DNA from: Puccinia triticina
Lineage: Eukaryota
Assembly (NCBI GenBank): GCA_026914245.1
Contig: CP110439.1
Location: 2,356,001 to 2,420,000, forward strand
Reading direction: 5' to 3'
DNA length: 64,000 bases
The number at the start of each line of letters is the position of its first letter. Positions within the stretch are counted from its first letter, which is position 1. The translations under genes were made by a program, and so were the position numbers. Of this stretch, positions 48,690-61,669 are shown piece by piece. The notes under the pieces were generated by a model. That model was given only the letters and a program-made list of their open reading frames with translations. It did no database searches and was not told the DNA's origin.

Positions 48690-49970
48690 TGGTGATGATC
48701 ATTGTGGAGGCTCTAGATCCAAATTACCAATGTGGACTACCTCATCTTTGCTCCCACTTGCGAGTCGGAATTTTCCAGCCTTCAACACCTTGGACAAAAG
48801 TGAGAGTATGTTGACAGGCCCAGCATGATGAATTGACCTGATCAAACCAATGCAAAACACGCTGTAAGTTCCTTGGGAACAACAAAAAACTCAAGAAGTA
48901 ACGACATACGTGAGTCCGACACCTCCAATGCGCCCCCATCCATCAGCTTTTATGCTGGTATACAGTGCTATGAGACTCCATCTCTTAAACCAATCGACAG
49001 TAACATCCTGAGCTCGTCACGAAGTAGTTAGCTTAAGTGGAGACAAATTGTAGGGATCGATAAGCTATCCCCCAAAAGCTCTTGCTGGCTTTGCTGTGAA
49101 AGATGGGGGGAAATAGCACATGACTGGACGGGTTGGTCGCATTTGATTAAGTCAGCCAGGCCCACATCCCATGAAGAATCATTGTCTTGGTCTGCTAGGT
49201 CCAAGTTTTCGCCTGGAGGCGAAGTCACGAATGTTTTTGGTGATTGATGTTTACGCTTTATCGGTCTACTTAATTCAAAAACAGCGGTCCATATTTTCTC
49301 AGTTGGATGCTCACCGCAGGGGAATGAAAGGGTGGAAGATTGAGGTGGAGTTGGGTGGAAAAAGTAATGCACACCTACCAATTGGGTCAGTGATAGAGAT
49401 CTCGCAGCTGATAAAGCATCCATCAGAAGCACTTGCAAAGATCAGATACTCTTCTCCTGATTCCGAACAGCGTTGTTCCTCATTGCGAACAGGCAGTCGG
49501 ATGCATGATAGACATGACATGGACTGTTTGTGACCAGCGAGATGTGCTACAGCTTGCCACTGGCCTTCTAGCAGATTTCAAGCAACATGGAACAAGAAAT
49601 CAGCGGATTCAACGCTGAAACGGAGACCAAGATAGCTCGTAGATAGACAGACTAAAAACCACTCACGAGTCACCGTCATCAGGCACCTAAGCTAAAATTG
49701 TACCATTCAAATACCCACTGAAAAATCCCAATGAATACCCTCCCACTTTCTTGATAGCTGTTGTACATGCTTTGTGTCCTTTTAAACGTTTCAAAGGTGG
49801 GTATCGGTGTCGATTTGCACATTTCCATGTCGCTACTTGTTGGCCCGTCCCAAAGACGACTTCGGCGATTGCTTTGATCTGACTAGGGCGGAGGAAGACG
49901 AGAATCGGTTGGCTGGTGCGACGCAAATTAACGAGTTCACCTTGATGGTTGTCTTGGAACCATCTCTCCT
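48690..49970 (-). pseudogene. Eroded WD40 gene remnant, ELP2-like
   Basis: Fragments in different frames: APANRFSS, VVFGTGQQVATWK..LKGHKACTTAIK, WQAVAHLAGHKQSMSCL..IFASASDG, HHAGPVNIL..RLASGSKDEVVHI. Frameshifts and stops; far shorter than ELP2. Confidence 0.45.
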
Positions 49971-50129
49971 CGATATGTAGGCACGAAGGTTCTTGAGTTC
50001 TTTTACGCAACAAGGGCAAGCTTAGACCACTTGGGCCCCCGCAGGGTGCTCCCCTCGGTGACCCCCGACGCGAAGCCGTGACTCCCGCTTCAACCAGCCA
50101 ATTTCCAGACAACAAACCGAACCCGTGCC

Positions 50130-51248
50130 ATGGAGGGCGACTACACCGATGAACCTTTGGTCAGTTGTAAGTGATGTATCATTGCTTTACACTTTATCGC
50201 AAGACTGAACGCGCGTCGTTCTTGTGCTGACATTCTACTCACCTATCCAGGTGGAAGACCGTTCCGACATCGCAAGGATGAAATCGATTTGGGTGATCTT
50301 GGGCTGTGGTCTGTTTCCAGCGCGAAGCCAGGTTTTGGAGTTGAAAATTTGAGGGATGACTCTGTGCATACACTTTGGCAGTTCAGTTCACTTCTCCACA
50401 ATTTTTAAGGTCTGACCATCAGGGTGATCACGACTAAATCCCTTCCGCCTTGCTGTATATTCTTGATCCTTGATGTCTGAAATGAACCTATCTTATACCA
50501 AAATAACCAGGTCAGAAGGGCCACAACCTCATTTTATTCGTATAGAGTTTCCCAGAAAGACGATTGTGACGGTGTGTCAAGCAGTGCAGTTAATCTCTAT
50601 TCCACTGAGCTTAGGTTGGCCGAGACAAAAAATTCTGACTCGGCCGTTTCTCACATTTTGATTTGGGGGGAAGAGTAGCAAATATCGATCTTTGTAGATG
50701 TCACATTGGATGATTCATATACTCCCTGCAAGCTGTCCATTTCTTTGGGGACATTTAAGCAGGACCTTCAAGTAGTCAAAATCATTGAGCTCATAAACCC
50801 CCGCGGATGGCACCATATCCGACTTGTGGATCGAGAAGAAGAAGAACCGGGCGATGATGACGATAGCGATGATTCGGACTCAGGGTTGGTAGTTACTATT
50901 CACCTCCACCAAACTGATATAATTATTCAATCAAATCCTAATTATATTCCATGAATTTTTTCTCTGCCCGATGTAGTTTTGCAGCGAAAGGTCATCTATT
51001 TCAAGTTGCGATCTTGGCTAACCACCTGAACGGGAAAGATACACACATCCGGTGCCTTAAGATATTGGGACCTCGCTCGTTCGTCATATATTTTGTTAGT
51101 GCAAGCTATTGGGAAACTCGTCATCTAAGCTTATCTTTCTTAATGATCCGATATAAAACATGTAACTCATAGACAAAGCAGGCCACGCTGGGATGGATTT
51201 GGGCCCGACCGTCATGAACTGTTACTAATGCATGAAACCATTAGATGA
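50130..51248 (+). CDS. APC10: Anaphase-promoting complex subunit 10 (Doc1), 6 exons
   Basis: Spliced [34 protein letters not shown]...DDSYTP...GW...[14 protein letters not shown], ending in the C-terminal IR motif (ETIR*). Confidence 0.93.
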
Positions 51249-51385
51249 AAAAAGAGAAAATATGATGTAAGCAAATACGAAAATTGCGTCGCCATTTTCA
51301 AATTGGATTTCCGGAAATTCCACAGCACCATGTCCCAATGGGATTTCCGAAAATTCCATTCATATTTCATGTTCTTCCCGTCAGT

Positions 51386-51856
51386 TTAAAGCGAGTGACC
51401 AGCGGCCTCTCTAATTCGTGGTCTTAGACCCATGTTTGCGCAGCACATCCGATAATTTGCTCGGATGTTGTTGACCTGACCGAGGAAGTCGGCTTCGTCC
51501 GATTCGGGTGGGTTGTGAGTCGGGAAGACCTCTATGAGAGAGATTAAGTTTTGAATCTTTGTGTTGAGTTTTCCGCTGCTGTCCTGGGTGGCCTTCCAGA
51601 TTTGGGCTTGTCCTAAGTAGTATGCCAACTCTTCCCATAACTTGATCCCTTCATTGTGCCCTAACTGGTAACCCTCCAACTTTCCAGCTTCTTTCCCATC
51701 TCTAACACCAAGTTGATAACCAGCTTCGAAAAACCTACGTGCCAGATTCAGCTTCAACAGATCGACCAGACGTGTTGGTTTACTGGGTGTATATGGTTGG
51801 GACAAAAAAACAACTTACTGCTCCTCCAGGTGATTGAGTGAGTCGATTGAGTCCAT
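51386..51856 (-). CDS. LTO1: LTO1/ORAOV1-like protein (Yae1_N deca-GX3 repeat), 2 exons (51856-51819, 51735-51386)
   Basis: MDSIDSLNHLEEQFFEAGYQLGVRDGKEAGKLEGYQLGHNEGIKLWEELAYYLG...IRANYRMCC. Confidence 0.8.
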
Positions 51857-54800
51857 CGTTGTGAGTCTGTTTCCGGGGTGTGCGCCCCAGCCCTCCCGAG
51901 CTTAACAAAGCCTCTCGAACGGGGGTCCCGAAGGGACTCTTAACCCAAATTCGGCCGCGTGGCAGTGGCCTGAGCACTTTGTGAAATTGATTCTTCTTTT
52001 TTGGAATAAACAGCTTGTTAAACACAAACAACCACCTTTCATGAAATTCTGAGGAGAACAGTTTGTAGCCTTGCTTCTCAGGCATTGTTTCATACTTTTT
52101 GGAGGTGATTTGGCTTGAAATAAGCAGTCGCTTGTGATTGCTAGTCAGCCATGTCCCAGCATTTTGCCCGGTAGAGATTTATGGTATTTATGGTTTTCAA
52201 AGTTGGAATTCATTAAAAACAGATAATTGCGTGGATATGATTTTTTTTTTTTTTGGCAGCAGTTCCCCTATGGAAGCTCCAACCAAAAAAAGTCAAGTAT
52301 CAACGCAATCATCTGTGTGAGGGCATAATCGCAGGGGAGACGATAATTTGGTCATAGCCAATCAATACACCCAAGCAGCCTTGGGATGTTTGGCTCTGCG
52401 GCAGCGTTGTCTCCTTTTATGCCTCCTGAAAAGGCGCTCAGCATGCCCGTGTCACCTCGCCTGCACACAATAAAGCAACTGTGGTTCCAGATTTTTTGCG
52501 CTTATCATTTTCCTTTTGCGCCTATTACTTTTCCACCTGCTCAATTAGCCAACTTGCACTTCCTTTGTTTCTGTTATGTAAAAAGTCTTAGCTGCTCCCA
52601 ATCACCAAACGCGTTTCCTGAATAATCACCTCTTTTGTCCTACACCCTCAGCCGATCTGATCTTATACCTACCAAAATTGTCCAAACTCATGACACAGCC
52701 ACTTTTCCACCTTCCAAAATAGTTAATCCTATTCCTTCATATGGCTCGGTCTCAGGTTCTTTGCCGGTGCTTTCCATCCGCCCATAATGAAGACTAGCTA
52801 TATTTGTGTTCATGAACTAATTATGGCTCAGATTTTTTTTGTTGATCTCCTCAAACGACCGGGTACCATTTCTTTTCCCGGTCCCTTGATCCGTCGCATA
52901 AGTCAAAATGATCTTTAATGCTTTTCAATCTACCTTGGCTGCGCTTGTGACTGAACCTACATATGCTTGCCATGTATCATAGCCTGCCGATGAACCCAGT
53001 AAATGAGTGCGATTCCACCCACTGAGATTTCAAGCAACCGGGTACTATTTCTTCTCCCGGTCCCTTGATCCGCCGCATAACTCAAAGTGATTTTTTTGGT
53101 GCTTTTCAATCTGTACTGAACTTGCATGTGCTTCGCCATGTACATCTGATAGCCTTGATTAACCCAGTAAATGAGTGTGATTCCACCCACCAACAGTGCG
53201 AAGCGCTCCTCCCTGCTCTACTCCTTGTCCAAGGTTCGTTTATAAAGTCTCCAGCGCTGTTTTGATGAGGCATGCGCGGTAGTCATCCATGGGATTAAAT
53301 CAATATTCTCGGATTGGTCATATTTATATGCAGAAGGCTTGTATGGCGTGGGCACTGCACCTCACTACAGCTTTGCCATGGGTTCTGCTGCAGGAGGTTG
53401 AAAATGAACTCCGAATCACTCACAGTTGAGGGACAAATTCCCGCTGATTGATCCGTGCTGCCCAACAGCGTAGCCGGAAAAGGCCTGCAGCCGAATCGAG
53501 GTTAATTTGTACAGGGTGTTGTCTTACTCAATCAAGTTACCTTCAGCGGTCCTATTGTAAGCATTTTAAGATTTCAAGGCTTGCAATAGCTATCAGGCAC
53601 TTTGGTTGATGCCAGGATGCTTCTGAGTTCTTGCCAGGCCTTAGTGACAGCCGGATTGACGACTTAGGCGGTACTGAAAAGATTATGCGGAGCAAGCAGA
53701 AAGCGCCTGGACAGACCGGCGAACAAAGGGAGGACTGCTGGTTGTTTGCAAATGCACAGGCCCATGAAATGGTCGTCCTTCTCACATTGATCCAAGCAAT
53801 TCTCTCAGTGCATGTCTGATTCACCCTCTGGTTTACTCAATTAAATTGCAGTCCATTCAAGACACTTGACCAGACACAACATTAAATAGTGCTACGTGAC
53901 TTTGCTTGATATAATGACTTTACTTAGATTGAAGGTACTCGAACTAGGAACAACGGAGTGTACCTATTCCCATGAGCATAAGAGTTTCCACACCCACAAA
54001 AGAATTCATTCTTAGAAAGAGAGGAGAAGAATCCTGGTGAGGCACAGATTCCTTTTGGCAGTGCTCACCGCGCAAACCCTCCTGATCAATTAGCATCACA
54101 TGCAGATTTTAGATCTGCTGTTACACTTCTAGCCAGCATTAAATTACAACAGGTTGAATTAATTTTTTTCCCTAGACTTGGGTGGAGTGAGAAAACTCAA
54201 CAAGTTATCCTATACACCCTAGAGGAGAGATAAAACTTATAAACCAGAACTGTGGCTTAGGTTTCATCTGTGAATAGACAAACCTAAGGATGTATTTTGA
54301 GTAAGTTACATGTTGCAAGAAATACATGAGAAAAAGAAAGAAATGAGAAAAGTACCTTAAGGCAAAGACAGCAAAGGAAAAAGGGACAAAGGATGCCCAA
54401 GAAGACAAAATAGAACAATGTGAGGAAAGAACTAAGAACAGGGAATCAGCTCGGACAATTGGGATGAAGATTCAATGAGATCAGAGGGTTTTCAAATGAA
54501 GACCTACTGGAGTGAGATGTCCTGAAACTGGAGGACAATGGTCAGCGGATAGCCAAATAGAAGGGATAAACAACAGTGCAATGGAAAATGATGATTGGCG
54601 AAGTGTTGAATGGAAGTAAGAAATGAAGTTGCTAGAGAAAAGTGTTGGCGGAGTGTCAAAAGGAAGGGGAAAGCAAGAATGAATTGAGAAACACAGGAAG
54701 ATCTCAATAAGACGTTGACAAATGATGAAGTCAAACGTGGAGGAACAATAGCACAAATGATGATGATATGGTGAGTGCTATGAAAGGACAAATAGTAGAA

Positions 54801-56744
54801 TGTCAGTTACCCAAGGGAAACTCTAGAGGATGACAAACAAGTGAGTTTATGTATCCAAAAGAAGAGGCTTGAGCGGAGATTTTGCAGTGAGAAGTTTTGA
54901 GGATCAAGTGCAAGCAATGACAACACCAGCATTGATTAGGTTGACAATGTCATCTAGAAACAAACTGGAACATAGCGGGACATGGCACTAGAGGGAAGTC
55001 ACTTAGATATCAACATAATCCTCTCCTTGACACAAGTACTAGAAGTTTAGTACCACTATGCAGAATTGATCAGTATTAATTAGGGGGGTTCACAATAGGA
55101 TAAAAATGCAATTTTAGAGTCAATTTTAGAGCCTTTATCAACATATTTTAAAAAATCTGGCAAGATGACTGGCTGTCTCCTGAAAATCAGAGCAACTTCT
55201 TCATTTTTTAAGAAATTGATCATGATTAATAAAGGCCTTAAAATAGCTCAACGCGCGGCAGCTGTGGTGCTGTGACCAAGCTGCCATTGCAAAACACCAA
55301 GACTTATATTTTTCAGGAGTTTGGGGGCAAGATTCTACACCAGCTAGGTTGCTGGGGAGATCCATGCTAAGGATTTCAGTCTTTTCACTGGGTCCAGGAG
55401 TGCAAAATTGCAAACCAAGAAGTGCCAACATTACTTTACCCATCTTTTTGCCAAATGGGAGCCGCAAATATTCCAACGGAGTACCATACATTGTACCCAA
55501 AGGTCTTGAAGGACCTGTTATTGAGCTCAGATACAGGTCTGCATTGTGCAGACTCTTATCAAGTTGCAAGTTCTGATCTAGGATGAAATAACAGTGGCAC
55601 ATTGTACTTCAGTTGAAATGGTGGACCGTTCCTTAAGGCAGTAAAGGCACCTCTGGACCAACAACTCATGCTTTGGTGGTGTACACTTCATATTTGAGGA
55701 AATTTTGAGCAAACATTGCTGGTAGTATGAGGTGGGCACTGGGGACATACTTGCACAAGGGTCTGCAAGTTTAATTGGATTGTAATATTGGTTGTGGCCC
55801 CAGGTCATGTGGTTCAGATTGTCAAAGAATATGCAGCTGGCCATGCATTATTTTAGCTCAGAAGAGGGAAAATTGGAGTCAACACAATTTGGAGCCTGGC
55901 TACTCGTAATGGGATCAGTTGCCGTCATCACCAAGAATTTGGAACTTGTATCACTCAACAAGGTACAAGCATTCAGGAGTAATGTCCAGTCTGTGGTGCT
56001 CAATGCTTTTATCCAATTTGTGGATGGTGATCTGAGGCTGGGATTAGTACTGCTTGATGTTGGGAAGTCAAGAAAGGGCATGGTCTACTAAAGTTCCTGG
56101 CCAATTCTGACACCGCTGAGGGTTAATGCGGACTTGGTCAATGCACTCTGCCTAAACCTCTTCCCGGGGTTTTGTGTGTTGGATGGAATGTCAACTGTAT
56201 GTCACATGGAATAGTTGCGGGCTTGGAAACATATTCCAGAATTTTCTCTCAGTCTTTCTTCTTAGCAAATGAACTCAGAACCAAGACCATCACCACCTCA
56301 ACTGAACTATGATATCAACCTAAGGAAAAGTCAAGCTTATCAAGCAACCTGAAACAATTTCTTATCTAGATAACTCAACTCCATCAAGCAGTGTCTATTA
56401 GTCAATTGTTTCCATAAAAAAATTCCTCAGAGAATAATTGTTCAGGGGGAGGAGGAAAAGTATGTACTTGGGATTTGTTATGTTGTTTCAATTCATCAAT
56501 CACCAACTCAATTTTTTTCTTTTATTCTTAATTATTCTCTCTAATTTCATTGCCATTCTCAAAAGTCTGTCAATAAACTTCAACTAGCAATTACTAGGTA
56601 AATTACACAGAATACTTGTTTATTTTTTTCTTCATGATGAATTCTTCTTTATTAACATTGTTTTTCTTTAGTTCTTTTACTACTACTGGTTTTCAATTGC
56701 TGCAATTATATATGATCTCTCTGAATTACATTGTGTCATGGTGT

Positions 56745-58107
56745 AAGCAATGGATGAAATTCAAAGTGACAAAAACAAAACAGTAGGCACAGATATCTTA
56801 GGAAAACTTGTGTTGACTGGATTTCCTGCCCCTCTTCTACAATTGATGGGGGTTATGCTGGTGGTCTGCCGCCAAAACCCAACAATAGGGACAGGCCTGT
56901 GCAATGGGTCTCAACTTATGTTCACAGGGTTCAACCACATTTTTTAAAATTTCAGGTAATCACAGGCCTGACTGCAGGGATTGAGATTGCTCTGCCCAAA
57001 GTTACTATCATCCATAAACCAGATGAGGTATTTGGCACCAAGTTTTTGCAATATCAGTTCCTGGTGGCTACGGCTTTTGTAATGACTTTCAATAAGGCTC
57101 AGGGTCAGAAACTGGGAGGTGATGGAGTATTCTTAAGGACAGTGTTTGCGCATGGCCAGTTATATGTTGCTTTATTGTGGGCAACAAACCTTGAAGGGTG
57201 AATGGTGGGCTTAGTTGAAGACAAAGGCAAATTGTGGTTATCCAGTTTAACCACAAATGTTGTTAATTTGGCAGTGTTCAAAGATGTAGTTGAGTAGAAT
57301 AATTTAGTACATGATAATGGCCCTAGCATGGTAGATGTGTGGTGTGGGATATTTTTTTCATCTTTAGTTGTTTTTCCTGTATTTGTATTCTGGTTTTGTA
57401 TGATTTTTGTGTGATATGTAGCTATATGCATGTGGGATGTTGTGTAGTACCAACAATGGGAAGTTACTTTATCCGTAACTAAAATGGGAAGTTACTTTAT
57501 CCGTAACTAAAAGCAACGGATAATGAAACTTAATTTTTGCTGTTATTGTTGCGCTAACGGCAACAATGTTGCAGTTACGTGATTCTTTTATTTTTTCCTG
57601 ATTTATTAGACCCGTTACGTTATCCCCCGCAGTTAAGGGGGATAATATTCGGATAACACAGGTTTTTTGCCCATTTTACAGTGTTTTTGCGCCAGATAAT
57701 GCAGCTAGCACGTTACTGGCGTTATTTTTCGCGATATTGAGGGGGAAATTGCCATCCTTTACAATATCCAAACGTGCGCAATCACATTTTACCAGATAGT
57801 GATAACGCGTTATCTGATAAAGGTGGGAAGTTACGTTACAAAAATCCCTCTGGATAAAATAACATAAGTAACTTCCCATTGTTGTGTGTACTTGAATAGC
57901 CCAGTTCACATTGTTCCTTGACAAGCAGGATTTTAATTACAATCAACTGCGTTTAACATCAGTTCTTTCTGAAAGTTGCACTCCTGCGGCCATTTAAGCT
58001 TATTTTTTTATCACTAATTTTAGCTGAGGGCATAAAATGCCCCAATGTGAACCAGGCTAATGAGTGTGGCATGGAAGTGGGCCGCGGCAGAGCTGCGAGT
58101 TCCCTAG
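56745..58107 (+). mobile_element. Decayed Helitron 3' remnant (helicase C-terminus ~56750-57290)
   Basis: GLCNGSQL, QYQF..AFVMTFNKAQGQKL, VFAHGQLYVAL. The 3' end is hairpin CGCGGC-AGA-GCTGCG followed by CTAG|T at 58104-58107. The 5' limit is unknown. Confidence 0.75.
57451..57884. mobile_element. MITE with CAACAATGGGAAGTTACT TIRs inserted in the Helitron
   Basis: 18-bp TIR at both ends. Flanks TGTAGTAC and TGTGTAC form an imperfect ~7-bp TSD. The termini resemble those of the 1286 family. Confidence 0.7.
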
Positions 58108-58219
58108 TGCATGCATAAATGCGTAAATCATAAATTCATAAAAATTCTTTGGCTGGGAAAGCCAAAGATTACTTAAGCAGATTGGTGAGATTCCCTGCAA
58201 ACAAAGTTTTATTAATTTA

Positions 58220-59609
58220 CTAGAGTGTAGGGGCGGCTAAGCCACCCTGTATAAACCCTTATGTAGGAAATCTGTAACAGTAAGATTTCTATAGCACTTA
58301 TTTAAATACAAATTTTTTTCACAGAACATTGGTTACCTCTTCTTGATTTTTATCTGCCAACTGAACAACCAGTAAATTAGACACGTCACGTACACGCAAA
58401 AGGCCTACATACAATTGTCCGTGTGCAAAAACTTGATTTTTAAGAACTAAAGCTACACGCTTCATGCTCTGTCCTTGGCATTTATTAATTCTCATTGCAA
58501 AGGCCAAACCCACAGGAAATTGATATCAATAAAACAATACTTTAACATATGAATCAACCTTGTGCAAGAGCGTTATCTTAGGAATGGTTACCTCTTTATA
58601 CTTGTGCGGCCCTGTCACAATACGGCCGCAGATAGTATTATTGGTTAGCCTTAGGACTACCAACCTGGTGCCATTGCACAAGCCATCGGCAATACTCAAA
58701 TTCCTAAGTAATACGACTGGAATGCCCACTTTCAGTTTCAAGAACAATCTCTCGAGGGGCCTTGGGTATTCCTTTGCCTTCTATTATGATTCCTACCTCT
58801 TGGAATGTTGGAGCATTGTATTGTCTAGGGTCATTTGAAGCATTTTCCACAGTCTTAAGAATCATTGAAATGTATTTTCATATTCTTATGATATTACCAG
58901 CCATGCAATACAATTTTGCATATGGATTGTGTTGGTACATGAAGTTCTGCAGCTTGACAATAATCTTGATGTCAATGCCATCACGTGTAGAAATGCTTGC
59001 AAATGATCCAAGAGCGCATGTCTTCCGATGATTTGCCTCTTGAAGACCTCCATTGCCCACAACAAAAATCTGAGAAAAATGAGCATCACTTGCTACTAAT
59101 GGTTGAATTGGACCAATGTTGTGAGACAGTCCTCCTTGAATAGTGAACACAGGTGCTCTTGGGACTTTGCCCGCTTGATTGCTAAGAGTGAAGCCAAGAG
59201 AAGTAAAGGATATCGAGTTGTTGTATGTCCTTATATATCTCTGGAAGTTTTTAGCATCTGAAGATGAAGTGGATCACTGCTTTGGTTGAAGTTGCCAAAA
59301 TCCAATGCTAGTGTGCGTACCTTTTGATTCACCGATCAGCAGATTCTTCAACAACTCCGGGTATTTGGGACCAGGGGCAAAGGTGTCCAGTAATTTGACC
59401 TTTCCTTTCTGACAACATGTTGAAAAGGCTTGATTGTTGCCATTGACATCAACTATTGCCCGCTCTTCAGGCCAATGTAGTGCCTGAGAATAAATACACG
59501 CCATATCACAATCTCCCAGTAGGTGAGCTCCATCAGGCATACATCGAGCAAAAATTGATTGCTTGTTGTTTTCCTCCTCGCGCGAACAGGCAGGACCAAT
59601 GTAAGACAT
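58220..59609 (-). mobile_element. Internally deleted Helitron: RepHel N-terminal region joined to the helicase C-terminus
   Basis: ALHWPEER..FSTCCQKGKVKL, intron, NFQRYIRTYNNSISFTSLG, FTIQGGLSHNIGP..FSQIFVV, NPYAKLY; then LKVGIPVVLLRNL..GLCNGTRL, FAMRINKCQGQS, VFAHGQLYV. 3' hairpin GGGTGGC-TTA-GCCGCCC plus CTAG|T at 58220. Probably extends further right. Confidence 0.85.
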
Positions 59610-60081
59610 TTAAAGTGAGGATTTGAGATTGAGGTCGTGGGATAAAGACTAAAATTTTGTTGTTGGTTTTAGTGGAAGTGGAACAATATTCAAGTATGTT
59701 GTGGATGCCTCACATGGCGAGGGGAGTTTATCGTGAGTTGATGCCGCGTCCAATGCCCTATCCCCAGGCTGCATTAGGTAAAATCACTTTTAGTCACTGT
59801 GTCTCTGAAAGTCGAAGTCAGCGGGGCAAGGGCTGGGCTATATTCCACGTACATAGCCGTGGCTTAATGCAAAAGGAAATTATTCAAAAGACATTTAGGT
59901 GAGAATGAGGAGACAAAAGACATTTACTCACAGTGAGGGGGGTAACCAAAAGTGCAAGTGTATTGTCATTTTCCAGATCCGGTGAAACAGCGCCTTGGGC
60001 ATTGTGGCGCCGGCAGTGGTGTTTGATGAAGAAAGCAATTCTTCAGGTCAGAAATGCAGTTCAAGGTAGTTAAAAAGTAAA

Positions 60082-61669
60082 CGGGTTTACTTCGCGCACG
60101 GAGGGAAACTCGTTGCGCACGGGAATTTCCGTTGACTCAACGTCACGTGACGTCGGGCCCCCCTCCGTGCGCGCCACCAGCTCCCCTCAAAAAACTATCC
60201 GCACACGGGGGTGCCGTGCGGTGACAGGAGGCCGGGGTGAAGCACTCCGGCCATCCGGAGGAAACAAAACCCTCGGTGACCGGCACAGACCGGTCATCGA
60301 GAGACTACATCCCTCTCGATGACCGGAATAGACCGGTCATCGGGAGGTACATCCCTCTCGATGACCGGAATAGCCCGGTCATCGGGAGGTACATCCCTCT
60401 CGATGCCCAGACCGGTCATCGAGAGGACATATCCCCCTCGATGACCGGTACAGACCGGTCATCGGGAGGCTAAATCCCTCTCGATGCCCAGACCGGTCAT
60501 CGAGAGGACATATCCCCCTCGATGACCGCAATAGACCGGTCATCGGGAGGCCAAAATCCTCTCGATGACCGGAATAGACCGGTCATCGGGAGGCTACATT
60601 CCTCTCGATGACCGGCATAGACCGGTCATCGGGAGGCTACATCCCTCTCGATGACCGGCATAGACCGGTCATCGGGAGGCTACATCCCTCCCGATGACCG
60701 GAGTAGACCGGTCATCGGGAGGCTACATCCCTCCCGATGACCGGAGTAGACCGGTCACCGAGAGGATACATCTCTCTCGATGACCGGCATTCCGGCCATC
60801 GAGAGAACACACCTCTCTCAATGACCGGCATTCCGGTCATCGAGAGAACACATCCCTCTCGATGACAGGCATAGACCTGTCATCGAGAGGGATTTGTCCC
60901 CTCGATGACCGGTACAGACCGGTCATCGAGGGGGATGTGTCCTCTCGATGACCGGTCTATTCCGGTCATCCATCGGGAGGGATGTAACCTCCCGATGACC
61001 GGTCTATTCCGGTCATCGAGAGGGATGTAGCCTCTCGATGACCGGAATGCCGGTCATTGAGAGAGGTGTGTTCTCTCGATGGCCGGAATGCCGGTCATCG
61101 AGAGAGATGTATCCTCTCGGTGACCGGTCTACTCCGGTCATCGGGAGGGATGTAACCTCCTGATGATCGGTCTCTTCCGGTCATCGAGAGGGATGTAGCA
61201 TCTCGATGACCGGTCTATGCCGGTCATCGAGAGGAATGTAGCCTCCCGATGACCGGTCTATTCCGGTCATCGAGAGGATTTTGGCCTCCCGATGACCGGT
61301 CTATTCCGGTCATCGAGGGGGATATGTCCTCTCGATGACCGGTCTGGGCATCGAGAGGGATTTAGCCTCCCGATGACCGGGCTATTCCGGTCATCGAGAG
61401 GGATGTACCTCCCGATGACCGGTCTATTCCGGTCATCGAGAGTGTAGTCTCTCGATGACCGGTCTGTGCCGGTCATCGAGGGGATTGTTTCCTCCGGGTG
61501 GCCGGAGTGCTCCACCCCGGCCACCTGTCACCGCACGGCACCCCCGTGTGCGGATAGTTTTTTGAGGGGAGCTGGTGGCGCGCACGGAGGGGGGCCCGAC
61601 GTCACGTGACGTTGAGTCAACGGAAATTCCCGTGCGCAACGAGTTTCCCTCCGTGCGCGAAGTAAACCC
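60082..61669. mobile_element. Mutator-like foldback element (1.59 kb), quasi-palindromic along its whole length
   Basis: ~190-bp near-perfect TIRs beginning GGGTTTACTTCGCGCACGG, 9-bp TSD AAAAGTAAA (60073-60081 and 61670-61678), interior of ~42-bp CTCTCGATGACCGG-N6-CCGGTCATCG(G/A)GAG units mirrored about ~60870. Confidence 0.9.

Noticed and set aside
53200..56700. Genes in the assorted short ORFs (e.g. 55201-55602)
   Set aside because: No recognisable domain or consistent exon chain. The region is CpG-poor and probably old TE debris.
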